64,000 nt of DNA from Eledone cirrhosa (lineage: Eukaryota), in contig OZ024752.1 of NCBI GenBank assembly GCA_964016885.1, positions 18,290,001 through 18,354,000 on the forward strand, written 5' to 3'. The notes below the pieces were generated by a model. The model saw nothing but the letters and a program-made list of their open reading frames with translations. It was not told the DNA's origin and searched no databases. A program made the translations under genes and the position numbers. Shown one piece after another: positions 50,801 to 64,000 of this stretch; position 1 is the stretch's first letter, and the number at the start of each line of letters is the position of its first letter.

Positions 50801-53800
50801 TAACAAATATAGCCATAGTTAGCTGTATCACAACATATAGCAAAGATAGCCATAGTTAGCTGTATCACAACATATAACAAATATAGCCATAGTTAGCTGT
50901 ATCACAACATATAGCAAAGATAGCCATAGTTAGCTGTATCACAACATATAACAAAGATAGCTGTGGTTAACTGTATCACAACATATAGCAAAGATAGCCA
51001 TAGTTAGCTGTATCACAACATATAACAAAGATTGCTGTGGTTAGCTGTATCACAACATATAGCAAAGATAGCCATAGTTAGCTGTATCACAACATATAAC
51101 AAAGATTGCTGTGGTTAGCTGTATCACAACATATAGCAAAGATAGCCATAGTTAGCTGTATCACAACATATAACAAAGATAGCTGTGGTTAGCTGTATCA
51201 CAACATATAACAACGATAGCTGTGGTTTGCTGTATCACAACATATAACAAAGATAGCTGTGGTTAGCTGTATCACAACATATAACAACGATAGCTGTGGT
51301 TAGCTGTATCACAACATATAGCAAAGATAGCCATAGTTAGATGTATCACAACATATAGCAAAGATAGCTGTGGTTAGCTATCTCACAACATATAACAAAC
51401 ATAGCTGTGGTTAGCTGTATCACAACATATAGCAAGGATAGCCATAGTTAACTGTATCACAACATATAACAAAGATAGCTGTGGTTAGCTGTATCACAAC
51501 ATATAACAAAGATAGCTGTGGTTAGCTGTATCACAACATATAACAAAGATGGCTGTGGTTAGCTGTATCACAACATATAACAAAGATAGCTGTGGTTAGC
51601 TGTATCACAACATATAGCAAAGATAGCCGTAGTTAGCTGTATCACAACATATAGCAAAGATAGCCGTAGTTAGCTGTATCACAACATATAGCAAAGATAG
51701 CCATAGTTAGCTGTATCACAACATATAGCAAAGATAGCCATAGTTAGCTGTATCACAACATATAACAAAGATAGCCGTGGTTAGCTGTATCACAACATAT
51801 AACAAAGATAGCTGTGGTTAGCTGTATCACAACATATAACAAAGATAGCTGTGGTTAGCTGTATCACAACATATAACAAAGATAGCTGTGGTTAGCTGTA
51901 TCACAACATATGACAAAGATAGCCATAGTTAGCTGTATCACAACATATAGCAAGGATAGCCATAGTTAGCTGTATCACAACATATAACAAAGATAGCTGT
52001 AGTTAGCTGAATCACAACATATAAAAAAGATAACTGTGGTTAGCTGTATCACAACATATAACAAAGATAGCCATAGTTAGCTGTATCACAATATATACCA
52101 AGGATAGCTGTAGTTAGCTGAATCACAACATATAACAAAGATAGCTGTGGTTAGCTGTATCACAACATATAGCAAGGATAGCCATAGTTAGCTGTATCAC
52201 AACATATAACAAAGATAGCTGTGGTTAGCTGTCTCACAACATATAGCAAGGATAGCCATAGTTAGCTGTATCACAACATATAACAAAGATATCTGTGGTT
52301 AGCTGTATCACAACATATAACAAAGATAGCTGTGGTTAGCAGTATCACAACATATAGCAAAGATAGCTGTGGTTAGCTGTATCACAACATATAGCAAGGA
52401 TAGCCATAGTTAGCTGTATCACAACATATAACAAAGATAGCTGTGGTTAGCTGTCTCACAACATATAGCAAGGATAGCCATAGTTAGCTGTATCACAACA
52501 TATAACAAAGATAGCTGTGGTTAGCTGTATCACAACATATAACAAAGATAGCTGTGGTTAGCTGTATCACAACATATAGCAAAGATTGCTGTGGTTAGCT
52601 GTCTCACAACATATAGCAAGGATAGCCATAGTTAGCTGTATCACAACATATAACAAAGATAGCTGTGGTTAGCTGTATCACAACATATAACAAAGATAGC
52701 TGTGGTTAGCTGTATCACAACATATAGCAAGGATAGCCATAGTTAGCTGTATCACAACATATAACAAAGATAGCCATAGTTAGCTGTATCACTTCATATA
52801 ACAAAGATAGCTGTGGTTAGCTGTATCACAACATATAGCAAAGATAGCTGTGGTTAGCTGTATCACAACATATAACAAAGATAGCCATAGTTAGCTGTAT
52901 CACAACATATAGCAAAGATAGCTGTGGTTAGCTGTATCACAACATATAACAAAGATAGCTGTGGTTAACTGTATCACAACATATAACAAATATAGCCATA
53001 GTTAGCTGTATCACAACATATAGCAAAGATAGCCATAGTTAGCTGTATCACAACATATAACAAATATAGCCATAGTTAGCTGTATCACAACATATAGCAA
53101 AGATAGCCATAGTTAGCTGTATCACAACATATAACAAAGATATCTGTGGTTAACTGTATCACAACATATAGCAAAGATAGCCATAGTTAGCTGTATCACA
53201 ACATATAACAAAGATTGCTGTGGTTAGCTGTATCACAACATATAGCAAAGATAGCCATAGTTAGCTGTATCACAACATATAACAAAGATTGCTGTGGTTA
53301 GCTGTATCACAACATATAGCAAAGATAGCCATAGTTAGCTGTATCACAACATATAACAAAGATAGCTGTGGTTAGCTGTATCACAACATATAACAACGAT
53401 AGCTGTGGTTTGCTGTATCACAACATATAGCAAAGATAGCCATAGTTAGCTGTATCACAACATATAACAAGGATTGCTGTGGTTAGCTGTATCACAACAT
53501 ATAACAAAGATAGCTGTGGTTAGCTGTATCACAACATATAACAACGATAGCTGTGGTTAGCTGTATCACAACATATAGCAAAGATAGCCATAGTTAGATG
53601 TATCACAACATATAGCAAAGATAGCTGTGGTTAGCTATCTCACAACATATAACAAAGATAGCTGTGGTTAGCTGTATCACAACATATAGCAAGGATAGCC
53701 ATATTTAACTGTATCACAACATATAACAAAGATAGCTGTGGTTAGCTGTATCACAACATATAACAAAGATAGCTGTGGTTAGCTGTATCACAACATATAA

Positions 53801-56800
53801 CAAAGATGGCTGTGGTTAGCTGTATCACAACATATAACAAAGATAGCTGTGGTTAGCTGTATCACAACATATAACAAAGATAGCTGTGGTTAGCTGTATC
53901 ACAACATATAGCAAAGATAGTCATAGTTAGCTCTATCACAACATATAACAAAGATAGCCATAGTTAGCTGTATCACAACATATAACAAAGATAGCTGTGG
54001 TTAACTGTATCACAACATATAGCAAAGATAGCCATAGTTAGCTGTATCACAACATATAACAAAGATAGCTTTAGTTAGCTGTATCACAACATATAGCAAG
54101 GATAGCCATAGTTAGCTGTATCACAACATATAACAAAGATTGCTGTGGTTAGCTGTATCACAACATATAACAAAGATAGCCATAGTGAGCTGAATCACAA
54201 CATATAGCAAAGATAGCCATAGTTAGCTGTATCACAACATATAACAAAGATAGCTGTGGTTTGTTGTATCACAACATATAGCAAAGATAGCCATAGTTAG
54301 CTGTATCACAACATATAACAAAGATAGCCATAGTTAGCTGTATCACAACATATAGCAAAGATAGCCATAGTTAGCTGTATCACAACATATAACAAAGATA
54401 GCTCTGGTTTGCTGTATCACAACATATAGCAAAGATAGCTGTGGTTAACTGAATCACAACATATAGCAAAGATAGCTGTGGTTAGCTGTATCACAACATA
54501 TAACAAAGATAGCTGTGGTTAGCTGTATCACAACATATAACAAAGATAGCCATAGTTAGCTGTATCACAACATATAGCAAAGATAGCCATAGTTAGCTGT
54601 ATCACAACATATAGCAAAGATAGCCGTAGTTAGCTGTATCACAACATATAGCAAAGATAGCCGTAGTTAGCTGTATCACAACATATAGCAAAGATAGACG
54701 TAGTTAGCTGTATCACAACATATAGCAAAGATAGCCGTAGTTAGCTGTATCACAACATATAGCAAAGATAGCCATAGTTAGCTGTATCACAACATATAAC
54801 AAAGATAGCCATAGTTAGCTGTATCACAACATATAGCAAAGATAGCCGTAGTTAGCTGTATCACAATATATAGCAAAGATAGCCACTGTTAGCTTTATCA
54901 CAACATATAGCAAAGATAACCATAGTTAGCTGTATCACAACATATAACAAAGATAGCCATAGTTAGCTGTATCACAACATGTAGCAAAGATAGCCGTAGT
55001 TAGCTGTATCACAACATATAGCAAAGATAGCCGTTGTTAGCTGTATCACAACATATAACAAAGATAGCCGTAATAGCTGTATCACAACATATAGCAAAGA
55101 TAGCTGTGGTTTGCTGTATCACAACAGATAGCAAAGATAGCTGTGGTTAGCTGTATCACAACATATAGCAAGGATAGCCATAGTTAGCTGTATCACAACA
55201 TATAACAAAGATAGCCATAGTTAGCTGTATCACAACATATAACAAATATAGCCATAGTTAGCTGTATCACAAAATATAGCAAAGATAGCCATAGTTAGCT
55301 GTATCACAACATATAACAAAGATAGCTGTGGTTAACTGTATCACAACATATAGCAAATATAGCCATAGTTAGCTGTATCACAACATATGACAAAGATTGC
55401 TGTGGTTAGCTGTATCACAACATATAGCAAAGATAGCCATAGTTAGCTGTATCACAACATATAACAAAGATTGCTGTGGTTAGCTGTATCACAACATATA
55501 GCAAAGATAGCCATAGTTAGCTGTATCACAACATATAACAAAGATAGCTGTGGTTAGCTGTATCACAACATATAACAACGGTAGCTGTGGTTTGCTGTAT
55601 CACAACATATAGCAAAGATAGCCATAGTTAGCTGTATCACAACATATAACAAAGATTGCTGTGGTTAGCTGTATCACAACATATAACAAAGATAGCTGTG
55701 GTTAGCTGTATCACAACATATAACAACGATAGCTGTGGTTAGCTGTATCACAACATATAGCAAAGATAGCCATAGTTAGATGTATCACAACATATAGCAA
55801 AGATAGCTGTGGTTAGCTATCTCACAACATATAACAAAGATAGCTGTGGTTAGCTGTATCACAACATATAGCAAGGATAGCCATAGTTAACTGTATCACA
55901 ACATATAACAAAGATAGCTGTGGTTAGCTGTATCACAACATATAACAAAGATAGCTGTGGTTAGCTGTATCACAACATATAACAAAGATGGCTGTGGTTA
56001 GCTGTATCACAACATATAACAAAGATAGCTGTGGTTAGCTGTATCACAACATATAACAAAGATAGCTGTGGTTAGCTGTATCACAACATATAACAAAGAT
56101 AGCTGTGGTTAGCTGTATCACAACATATAGCAAAGATAGTCATAGTTAGCTGTATCACAACATATAACAAAGATAGCCATAGTTAGCTGTATCACACACA
56201 TATAACAAAGATAGCTGTGGTTAACTGTATCACAACATATAGCAAAGATAGCCATAGTTAGCTGTATCACAACATATAACAAAGATAGCTGTAGTTAGCT
56301 GTATCACAACATATAGCAAGGATAGCCATAGTTAGCTGTATCACAACATATAACAAAGATTGCTGTGGTTAGCTGTATCACAACATATAACAAAGATAGC
56401 CATAGTTAGCTGTATCACAACATATAACAAAGATAGCCATAGTTAGCTCTATCACAACATATAACAAAGATTGCTGTGGTTAGCTGTATCACAACATATA
56501 ACAAAGATAGCCATAGTGAGCTGAATCACAACATATAGCAAAGATAGCCATAGTTAGCTGTATCACAACATATAACAAAGATAGCTGTGGTTTGTTGTAT
56601 CACAACATATAGCAAAGATAGCCATAGTTAGCTGTATCACAACATATAACAAAGATAGCCATAGTTAGCTGTATCACAACATATAGCAAAGATAGCCATA
56701 GTTAGCTGTATCACAACATATAACAAAGATAGCTCTGGTTTGCTGTATCACAACATACAGCAAAGATAGCTGTGGTTAACTGAATCACTACATATAGCAA

Positions 56801-59800
56801 AGATAGCCATAGTTAGCTGTATCACAACATATAGCAAAGATAGCCGTAGTTAGCTGTATCACAACATATAGCAAAGATAGCCGTAGTTAGCTGTATCACA
56901 ACATATAGCAAAGATAGCCATAGTTAGCTGTATCACAACATATAACAAAGATAGCTGTGGTTAGCTGTATCACAACATATAACAAAGATAGCCGTAGTTA
57001 GCTGTATCACAACATATAACAAAGATAGCCATAGTTAGCTGTATCACAACATATAACAAAGATAGCCATAGTTAGCTGTATCACAACATATAACAAAGAT
57101 AGCCATAGTTAGCTGTATCACAACATATAGCAAAGATAGCTGTGGTTAGCTGTATCACAACATATAGCAAAGATAGCCATAGTTAGCTGTATCACAACAT
57201 ATAGCAAAGATAGCTGTGGTTAGCTGTATCACAACATATAGTAAAGATAGCCGTAGTTAGCTGTATCACAACATATAGCAAAGATAGCCGTAGTTAGCTG
57301 TATCACAACATATAGCAAAGATAGCCATAGTTAGCTGTATCACAACATATAGTAAAGATAGCCGTAGTTAGCTGTATCACAACATATAGCAAAGATAGCC
57401 GTAGTTAGCTGTATCACAACATATAGCAAAGATAGCCGTAGTTAGCTGTATCACAACATATAACAAAGATAGCCATAGTTAGCTGTATCACAACATATAG
57501 CAAAGATAGTCATAGTTAGCTGTATCACAACATATAGCAAAGATAGCCATAGTTAGCTGTATCACAACATATAACAAAGATAGCCATAGTTAGCTGTATC
57601 ACAACATATAGCAAAGATAGCCATAGTTAGCTGTATCACAACATATAGCAAAGATAGCCATAGTTAGCTGTATCACAACATATAACAAAGATAGCCATAG
57701 TTAGCTGTATCACAACATGTAGCAAAGATAGCCGTAGTTAGCTGTATCACAACATATAACAAAGATAGCCGTAGTTAGCTGTATCACAACATATAACAAA
57801 GATAGCCGTAGTTAGCTGTATCACAACATATAACAAAGATAGCCGTTGTTAGCTGTATCACAACATATAACAAAGATAGCCGTAATAGCTGTATCACAAC
57901 ATATAGCAAAGATAGCTGTGGTTTGCTGTATCACAACAGATAGCAAAGATAGCCATAGTTAGCTGTATCACAACATATAACAAAGATAGCCAAAGTTAGC
58001 TGTATCACAACATATAACAAAGATAGCCAAAGTTAGCTGTATCACAACATAAAACAAAGATATCCATAGTTAGCTGTATCACAACATATAACACTGATAG
58101 CTGTGGTTTGCTGTATCACAACATATAGCAAAGATAGCTGTGGCTAGCTGTATCACAACATATAACAAAGATAGCTGTGGTTTGCTGTATCACAACATAT
58201 AGCAAGGATAGCCATAGTTAGCTGTATCACAACATATAACAAAGATAGCCATAGTTAGCTGTATCACAACATATAACAAAGATAGCCATAGTTAGCTGTA
58301 TCACAACATATAACAAAGATAGCCATAGTTAGCTGTATCACAACATATAACAAAGATAGCTGTGGTTTGCTGTATCACAACATATAGCAAAGATAGCTGT
58401 GGTTAGCTGTATCACAACATATAACAAAGATAGCCATAGTTAGCTGTATCACAACATATAGCAAAGATAGCCATAGTTAGCTGAATCACAACATATAACA
58501 AAGATAGCCATAGTTAGCTGTATCACAACATATAACAAAGATAGTCATAGTTAGCTGTATCACAACATATAGCAAAGATAGCCGTAGTTAGCTGTATCAC
58601 AACATATAGCAAAGATAGCCATAGTTAGCTGTATCACAACATATAGCAAAGATAGCTGTGGTTAGCTGTATCACAACATATAACAAAGATAGCTGTGGTT
58701 AGCTGTATCACAACATATAACAAAGATAGCCGTAGTTAGCTGTATCACAACATATAGCAAAGATAGCCATAGTTAGCTGTATCACAACATATAGCAAAGA
58801 TAGCTGTGGTTAGCTGTATCACAACATATAACAAAGATAGCCGTGGTTAGCTATATCACAACATATAGCAAAGATAGCTGTGGTTAGCTGTATCACAACA
58901 TATAACAAAGATAGCTGTGGTTTGCTGTATCACAAAATATAGCAAAGATAGCCATAGTTAGCTGTATCACAACATATAACAAAGATAGCTGTTGTTAACT
59001 GTATCACAACATATAACAAAGATAGCTGTTGTAAGCTGTTTCACAACATATAACAAAGATAGCTGTTGTTAGCTGTATCACAACATATAACAAAGATAGC
59101 CATAGTTAGCTGTATCACAACATATAGCAGAGATAGCTGTGGTTAGCTGTATCACAACATATAACAAAGATAGCTGTGGTTAGCTGTATCACAACATATA
59201 GCAAAGATAGCCATAGTTAGCTGTATCACAACATATAACAAAGATAGCCATAGTTAGCTGTATCACAACATATAACAAAGATAGCCATAGTTAGATGTAT
59301 CACAACGTATAACAAAGATAGCTGTGGTTAGCTCTATCACAACCTATAACACTGATAGCTGGGGTTAGCTGTATCACAACATATAGCAAAGATAGCCATA
59401 GTTAGCTGTATCACAACATATAGCAAGTATAGCCATAGTTAGCTGTATCACAACATATAGCCAAGATAGCTGTGGTTAGCTGCATCACAACATATAGCAA
59501 CGATAGCTGTGGTTTGCTGTATCACAACATATAACAGAGATAGCTGTGGTTAGCTGTATCACAACATATAACAAAGATAGCTGTGGTTAGCTGTATCACA
59601 ACATATAGCAAAGATAGCCATAGTTAGCTGTATCACAACATATTGCAAAGATAGCCATAGTTAGTTGTATCACAACATATAACAAAGATAGCCAGAGTTA
59701 GCTGTATCACAACATATAACAAAGATAGCCATAGTTAGCTGTATCACAACATATAACAAAGATAGCTGTGGTTAGCTGTATCACAATATATCACAAAGAT

Positions 59801-62800
59801 AGCCATAGTTAGCTGTATCACAACATTTAACAAAGATAGCCATCGTTAGCTGTATCACAACATTTAACAAAGATAGCCATCGTTAGCTGTATCACAACAT
59901 ATAACAAAGATAGCTGTGGTTAGCTGTATCACCACCTATAACAAAGATAGCTGTGGTTAGCTGTATCACAACATATAACAAAGATAGCCATAGTTAGCTG
60001 TATCACAACATATGACAAAGATAGCTGTGGTTTGCTGTATCACAACATATAACAAAGATAGCCATAGTTAGCTGTATCACAACATATAGCAAGGATGACC
60101 ATAGTTAGCTGTATCACAACATATAACAAAGATAGCTGTGGTTAACTGTATCACAACATATAACAAAGATAGCCATAGTTAGCTGTATCACAACATATAA
60201 CAAAGATAGCTGTGGTTTGCTGTATCACAACATATAACAAAGATAGCCATAGTTAGCTGTATCACAACATATAACAAAGATAGCTGTGGTTAGCTGTATC
60301 ACAACATATAGCAAGGATAGCCATAGTTAGCTGTATCACAACATATAGCAAAGATAGCCGTAGTTAGCTGTATCACAACATATAACAAAGATAGCCGTAG
60401 TTAGCTGTATCACAACATATAGCAAAGATAGCTGTGGTTAGCTGTATCACAACATATAACAAAGATAGCCGTAGTTAGCTGTATCACAACATATAGCAAA
60501 GATAGCCGTAGTTAGCTGTATCACAACATATAGCAAAGATAGCTGTGGTTAGCTGTATCACGACATATAGCAAAGATAGCCGTAGTTAGCTGTATCACAA
60601 CATATAGCAAGGATAGCTGTGGTTAGCTGTATCACAACATATAGCAAAGATAGCTGTGGTTAGCTGTATCACAACATATATAAAGGATAGCCATAGTTAG
60701 CTGTATCACAACATATAACAAAGATAGCTGTGGTTAGCTGTATCACGACATATAGCAAAGATAGCCGTAGTTAGCTGTATCACAACATATAGCAAGGATA
60801 GCCATAGTTAGCTGTATCACAACATATAGCAAGGATAGCCATAGTTAGCTGTATCACAACATATAACAGAGATAGCTGTGGTTAGCTGTATCACAACATA
60901 TAACAAAGATAGCTGTGGTTAGCTGTATCACAACATATAGCAAAGATAGCCATAGTTAGCTGTATCACAACATATAACAAAGATAGTCATAGTTAGCTGT
61001 ATCACAACATATAGCAAAGATAGCCGTAGTTAGCTGTATCACAACATATAGCAAAGATAGCCATAGTTAGCTGTATCACAACATATAGCAAAGATAGCTG
61101 TGGTTAGCTGTATCACAACATATAACAAAGATAGCTGTGGTTAGCTGTATCACAACATATAACAAAGATAGCCGTAGTTAGCTGTATCACAACATATAGC
61201 AAAGATAGCCATAGTTAGCTGTATCACAACATATAGCAAAGATAGCTGTGGTTAGCTGTATCACAACATATAACAAAGATAGCCGTGGTTAGCTGTATCA
61301 CAACATATAGCAAAGATAGCTGTGGTTAGCTGTATCACAACATATAACAAAGATAGCTGTGGTTTGCTGTATCACAAAATATAGCAAAGATAGCCATAGT
61401 TAGCTGTATCACAACATATAGCAAAGATAGCTGTGGTTAGCTGTATCACAACATATAACAAAGATAGCTGTTGTTAGCTGTATCACAACATATAACAAAG
61501 ATAGCTGTTGTAAGCTGTTTCACAACATATAACAAAGATAGCTGTTGTTAGCTGTATCACAACATTTAACAAAGATAGCCATAGTTAGCTGTATCACAAC
61601 ATATAGCAGAGATAGCTGTGGTTAGCTGTATCACAACATATAACAAAGATAGCTGTGGTTAGCTGTATCACAACATATAGCAAAGATAGCCATAGTTAGC
61701 TGTATCACAACATATAACAAAGATAGCCATAGTTAGCTGTATCACAACATATAACAAAGATAGCTGTGGTTAGCTGTATCACAACCTATAACACTGATAG
61801 CTGGGGTTAGCTGTATCACAACATATAGCAAAGATAGCCATAGTTAGCTGTATCACAACATATAGCAACTATAGCCATAGTTAGCTGTATCACAACATAT
61901 AGCAAAGATAGCTGTGGTTAGCTGTATCACAACATATAACAACGATAGCTGTGGTTAGCTGTATCACAACATATAGCAAAGATAGCCATAGTTAGCTGTA
62001 TCACAACATATTGCAAAGATAGCCATAGTTAGTTGTATCACAACATATAGCAAAGATAGCTGTGGTTTGCTGTATCACAACATATAACAAAGATAGTCAT
62101 AGTTAGTTGTATCACAACATATAACAAAGATAGCCATAGTTAGCTGTATCACAACATATAACAAAGATAGCCATAGTTAGCTGTATCACAACATATAGCA
62201 AAGATAGATGTGGTTTGCTGTATCACAACATATAACAAAGATAGTCATAGTTAGCTGTATCACAACATATAACAAAGATAGCTGTGGTTAGCTGTATCAC
62301 AACATATCACAAAGATAGCCATAGTTAGCTGTATCACAACATTTAACAAAGATAGCCATCGTTAGCTGTATCACAACATTTAACAAAGATAGCCATCGTT
62401 AGCTGTATCACAACATATAGGAAAGATAGCTGTGGTTTGCTGTATCACAACATATTGCAAAGATAACCATAGGTAACTGTATCACAACATATAACAAAGA
62501 TAGCTGTGGTTTGCTGTATCACAACATATAGGAAAGATAGCTGTGGTTTGCTGTATCACAACATATTGCAAAGATAGCCATTGTTAGCTGTATCACAACA
62601 TATAACAAAGATAGCCATAGTTAGCTGTATCACAACATATAACAAAGATAGCCATAGTTAGCTGTATCACAACATATAACAAAGATAGCCATAGTTAGCT
62701 GTATCACAACATATAACAAAGATAGCCATCGTTAGCTGTATCACAACATATAACAAAGATAGCTGTGGTTAGCTGTATCACAACATATAACAAAGATAGC

Positions 62801-64000
62801 TGTGGTTAGCTGTATCACAACATATAGCAAAGATAGCCATAGTTAGCTGTATCACAACATATAACAAAGATAGCTGTGGTTTGCTGTATCACAACATATA
62901 GCAAAGATAGCCATAGTTAGCTGTATCACAACATATAACAAAGATAGCCATAGTTAGCTGTATCACAACATATAACAAAGATAGCCATAGTTAGCTCTAT
63001 CACAACATATAGCAAAGATAGCTGTCGTTTGCTGTATCACAACATATAGCAAAGATAGCCATAGTTAGCTGTCTCACAACATATAGCAAAGATAACCATA
63101 GTTAGCTGTATCACAACATATAACAAAGATAGCCATAGTTAGCTCTATCACAACATATAGCAAAGATAGCTGTGGTTTGCTGTATCACAACATATAACAA
63201 AGATAGCCATAGTTAGCTGTATCACAACATATAACAAAGATAGCTGTGATTAGCTGTATCACAACATATAGCAAAGATAGCTGTGGTTTGCTGTATCACA
63301 ACATATAACAAAGATAGCCGTGGTTAGCTGTATCACAACATATACCAAAGTTAGCCATTGTTAGCTGTATCACAACATATAACAAAGATAGCCATAGTTA
63401 GCTGTATCACAACATATAGCAAAGATAGCCGTAGTTAGCTGTATCACAACATATAACAAAGATAGCTGTGGTTAGATGTATCACAACATATAGCAAAGAT
63501 AGCTGTGGTTTGCTGTATCACAACATATAACAAAGATAGCCGTGGTTAGCTGTATCACAACATATAACAAAGATAGCCATTGTTAGCTGTATCACAACAT
63601 ATAACAAAGATAGCTGTGGTTTGCTGTATCACAACATATAGCAGAGATAGCTGTGGTTAGCTGTATCACAACATATAACAAAGATAGCTGTGGTTAGCTG
63701 TATCACAACATATAGCAAAGATAGCCATAGTTAGCTGTATCACAACATATAACAAAGATAGCCATAGTTAGCTGTATCACAACATATAACAAAGATAGCC
63801 ATAGTTAGATGTATCACAACGTATAACAAAGATAGCTGTGGTTAGCTCTATCACAACCTATAACACTGATAGCTGGGGTTAGCTGTATCACAACATATAG
63901 CAAAGATAGCCATAGTTAGCTGTATCACAACATATAGCAAGTATAGCCATAGTTAGCTGTATCACAACATATAGCCAAGATAGCTGTGGTTAGCTGCATC
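11888..64000. repeat. 37-bp tandem satellite, ~1400 copies, runs off the right edge
   Basis: Monomer GATAG[CTGTGG|CCATAG]TTAGCTGTATCACAACATATA[A|G]CAAA, head to tail, single orientation, no insertions seen, very rare 1-2 bp indels (e.g. ~33710, ~37555, ~55072, ~56197, ~57884). Confidence 0.99.

Noticed and set aside
11888-64000. CRISPR-like array (37-bp repeats)
   Set aside because: The units are contiguous with no unique spacers, there are no cas genes, and the context is eukaryotic.
11888-64000. Coding repeat or deliberate binary 'code'
   Set aside because: 37 is not a multiple of 3, stops are frequent and the ORF track is empty here. The variant order is explained by nested duplications.

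Overview
AT-rich eukaryotic genomic DNA; the repeat families suggest an invertebrate, probably an octopus/cephalopod (inference). It is not prokaryotic and has no CRISPR array or RNA genes. The first ~11.9 kb holds the last two coding exons (3531-3686, 10648-10732) and probable 3' UTR of an unidentified + strand gene. The first exon lies inside ORF-track entry 3484-3702; the second is absent from the track. The introns are packed with mostly antisense elements: a decayed RTE-clade LINE 5' half with a 52-bp tandem array, a 5'-truncated RTE with an open RT ORF carrying a PHD finger, a short RTE 3' tail, tRNA-derived SINEs, and a TTAA/CCC-ended MITE whose right terminal repeat appears amplified into a 33/39-bp minisatellite. 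A mariner transposase relic lies in the 3' UTR. From 11888, ~30 bp after the candidate poly(A) signal, to the window end (~52 kb) is one 37-bp tandem satellite of ~1400 copies with two main variants, nested higher-order duplications and a divergence gradient. I found no convincing new protein-coding system; the most interesting signals concern how these tandem repeats arose and evolve.
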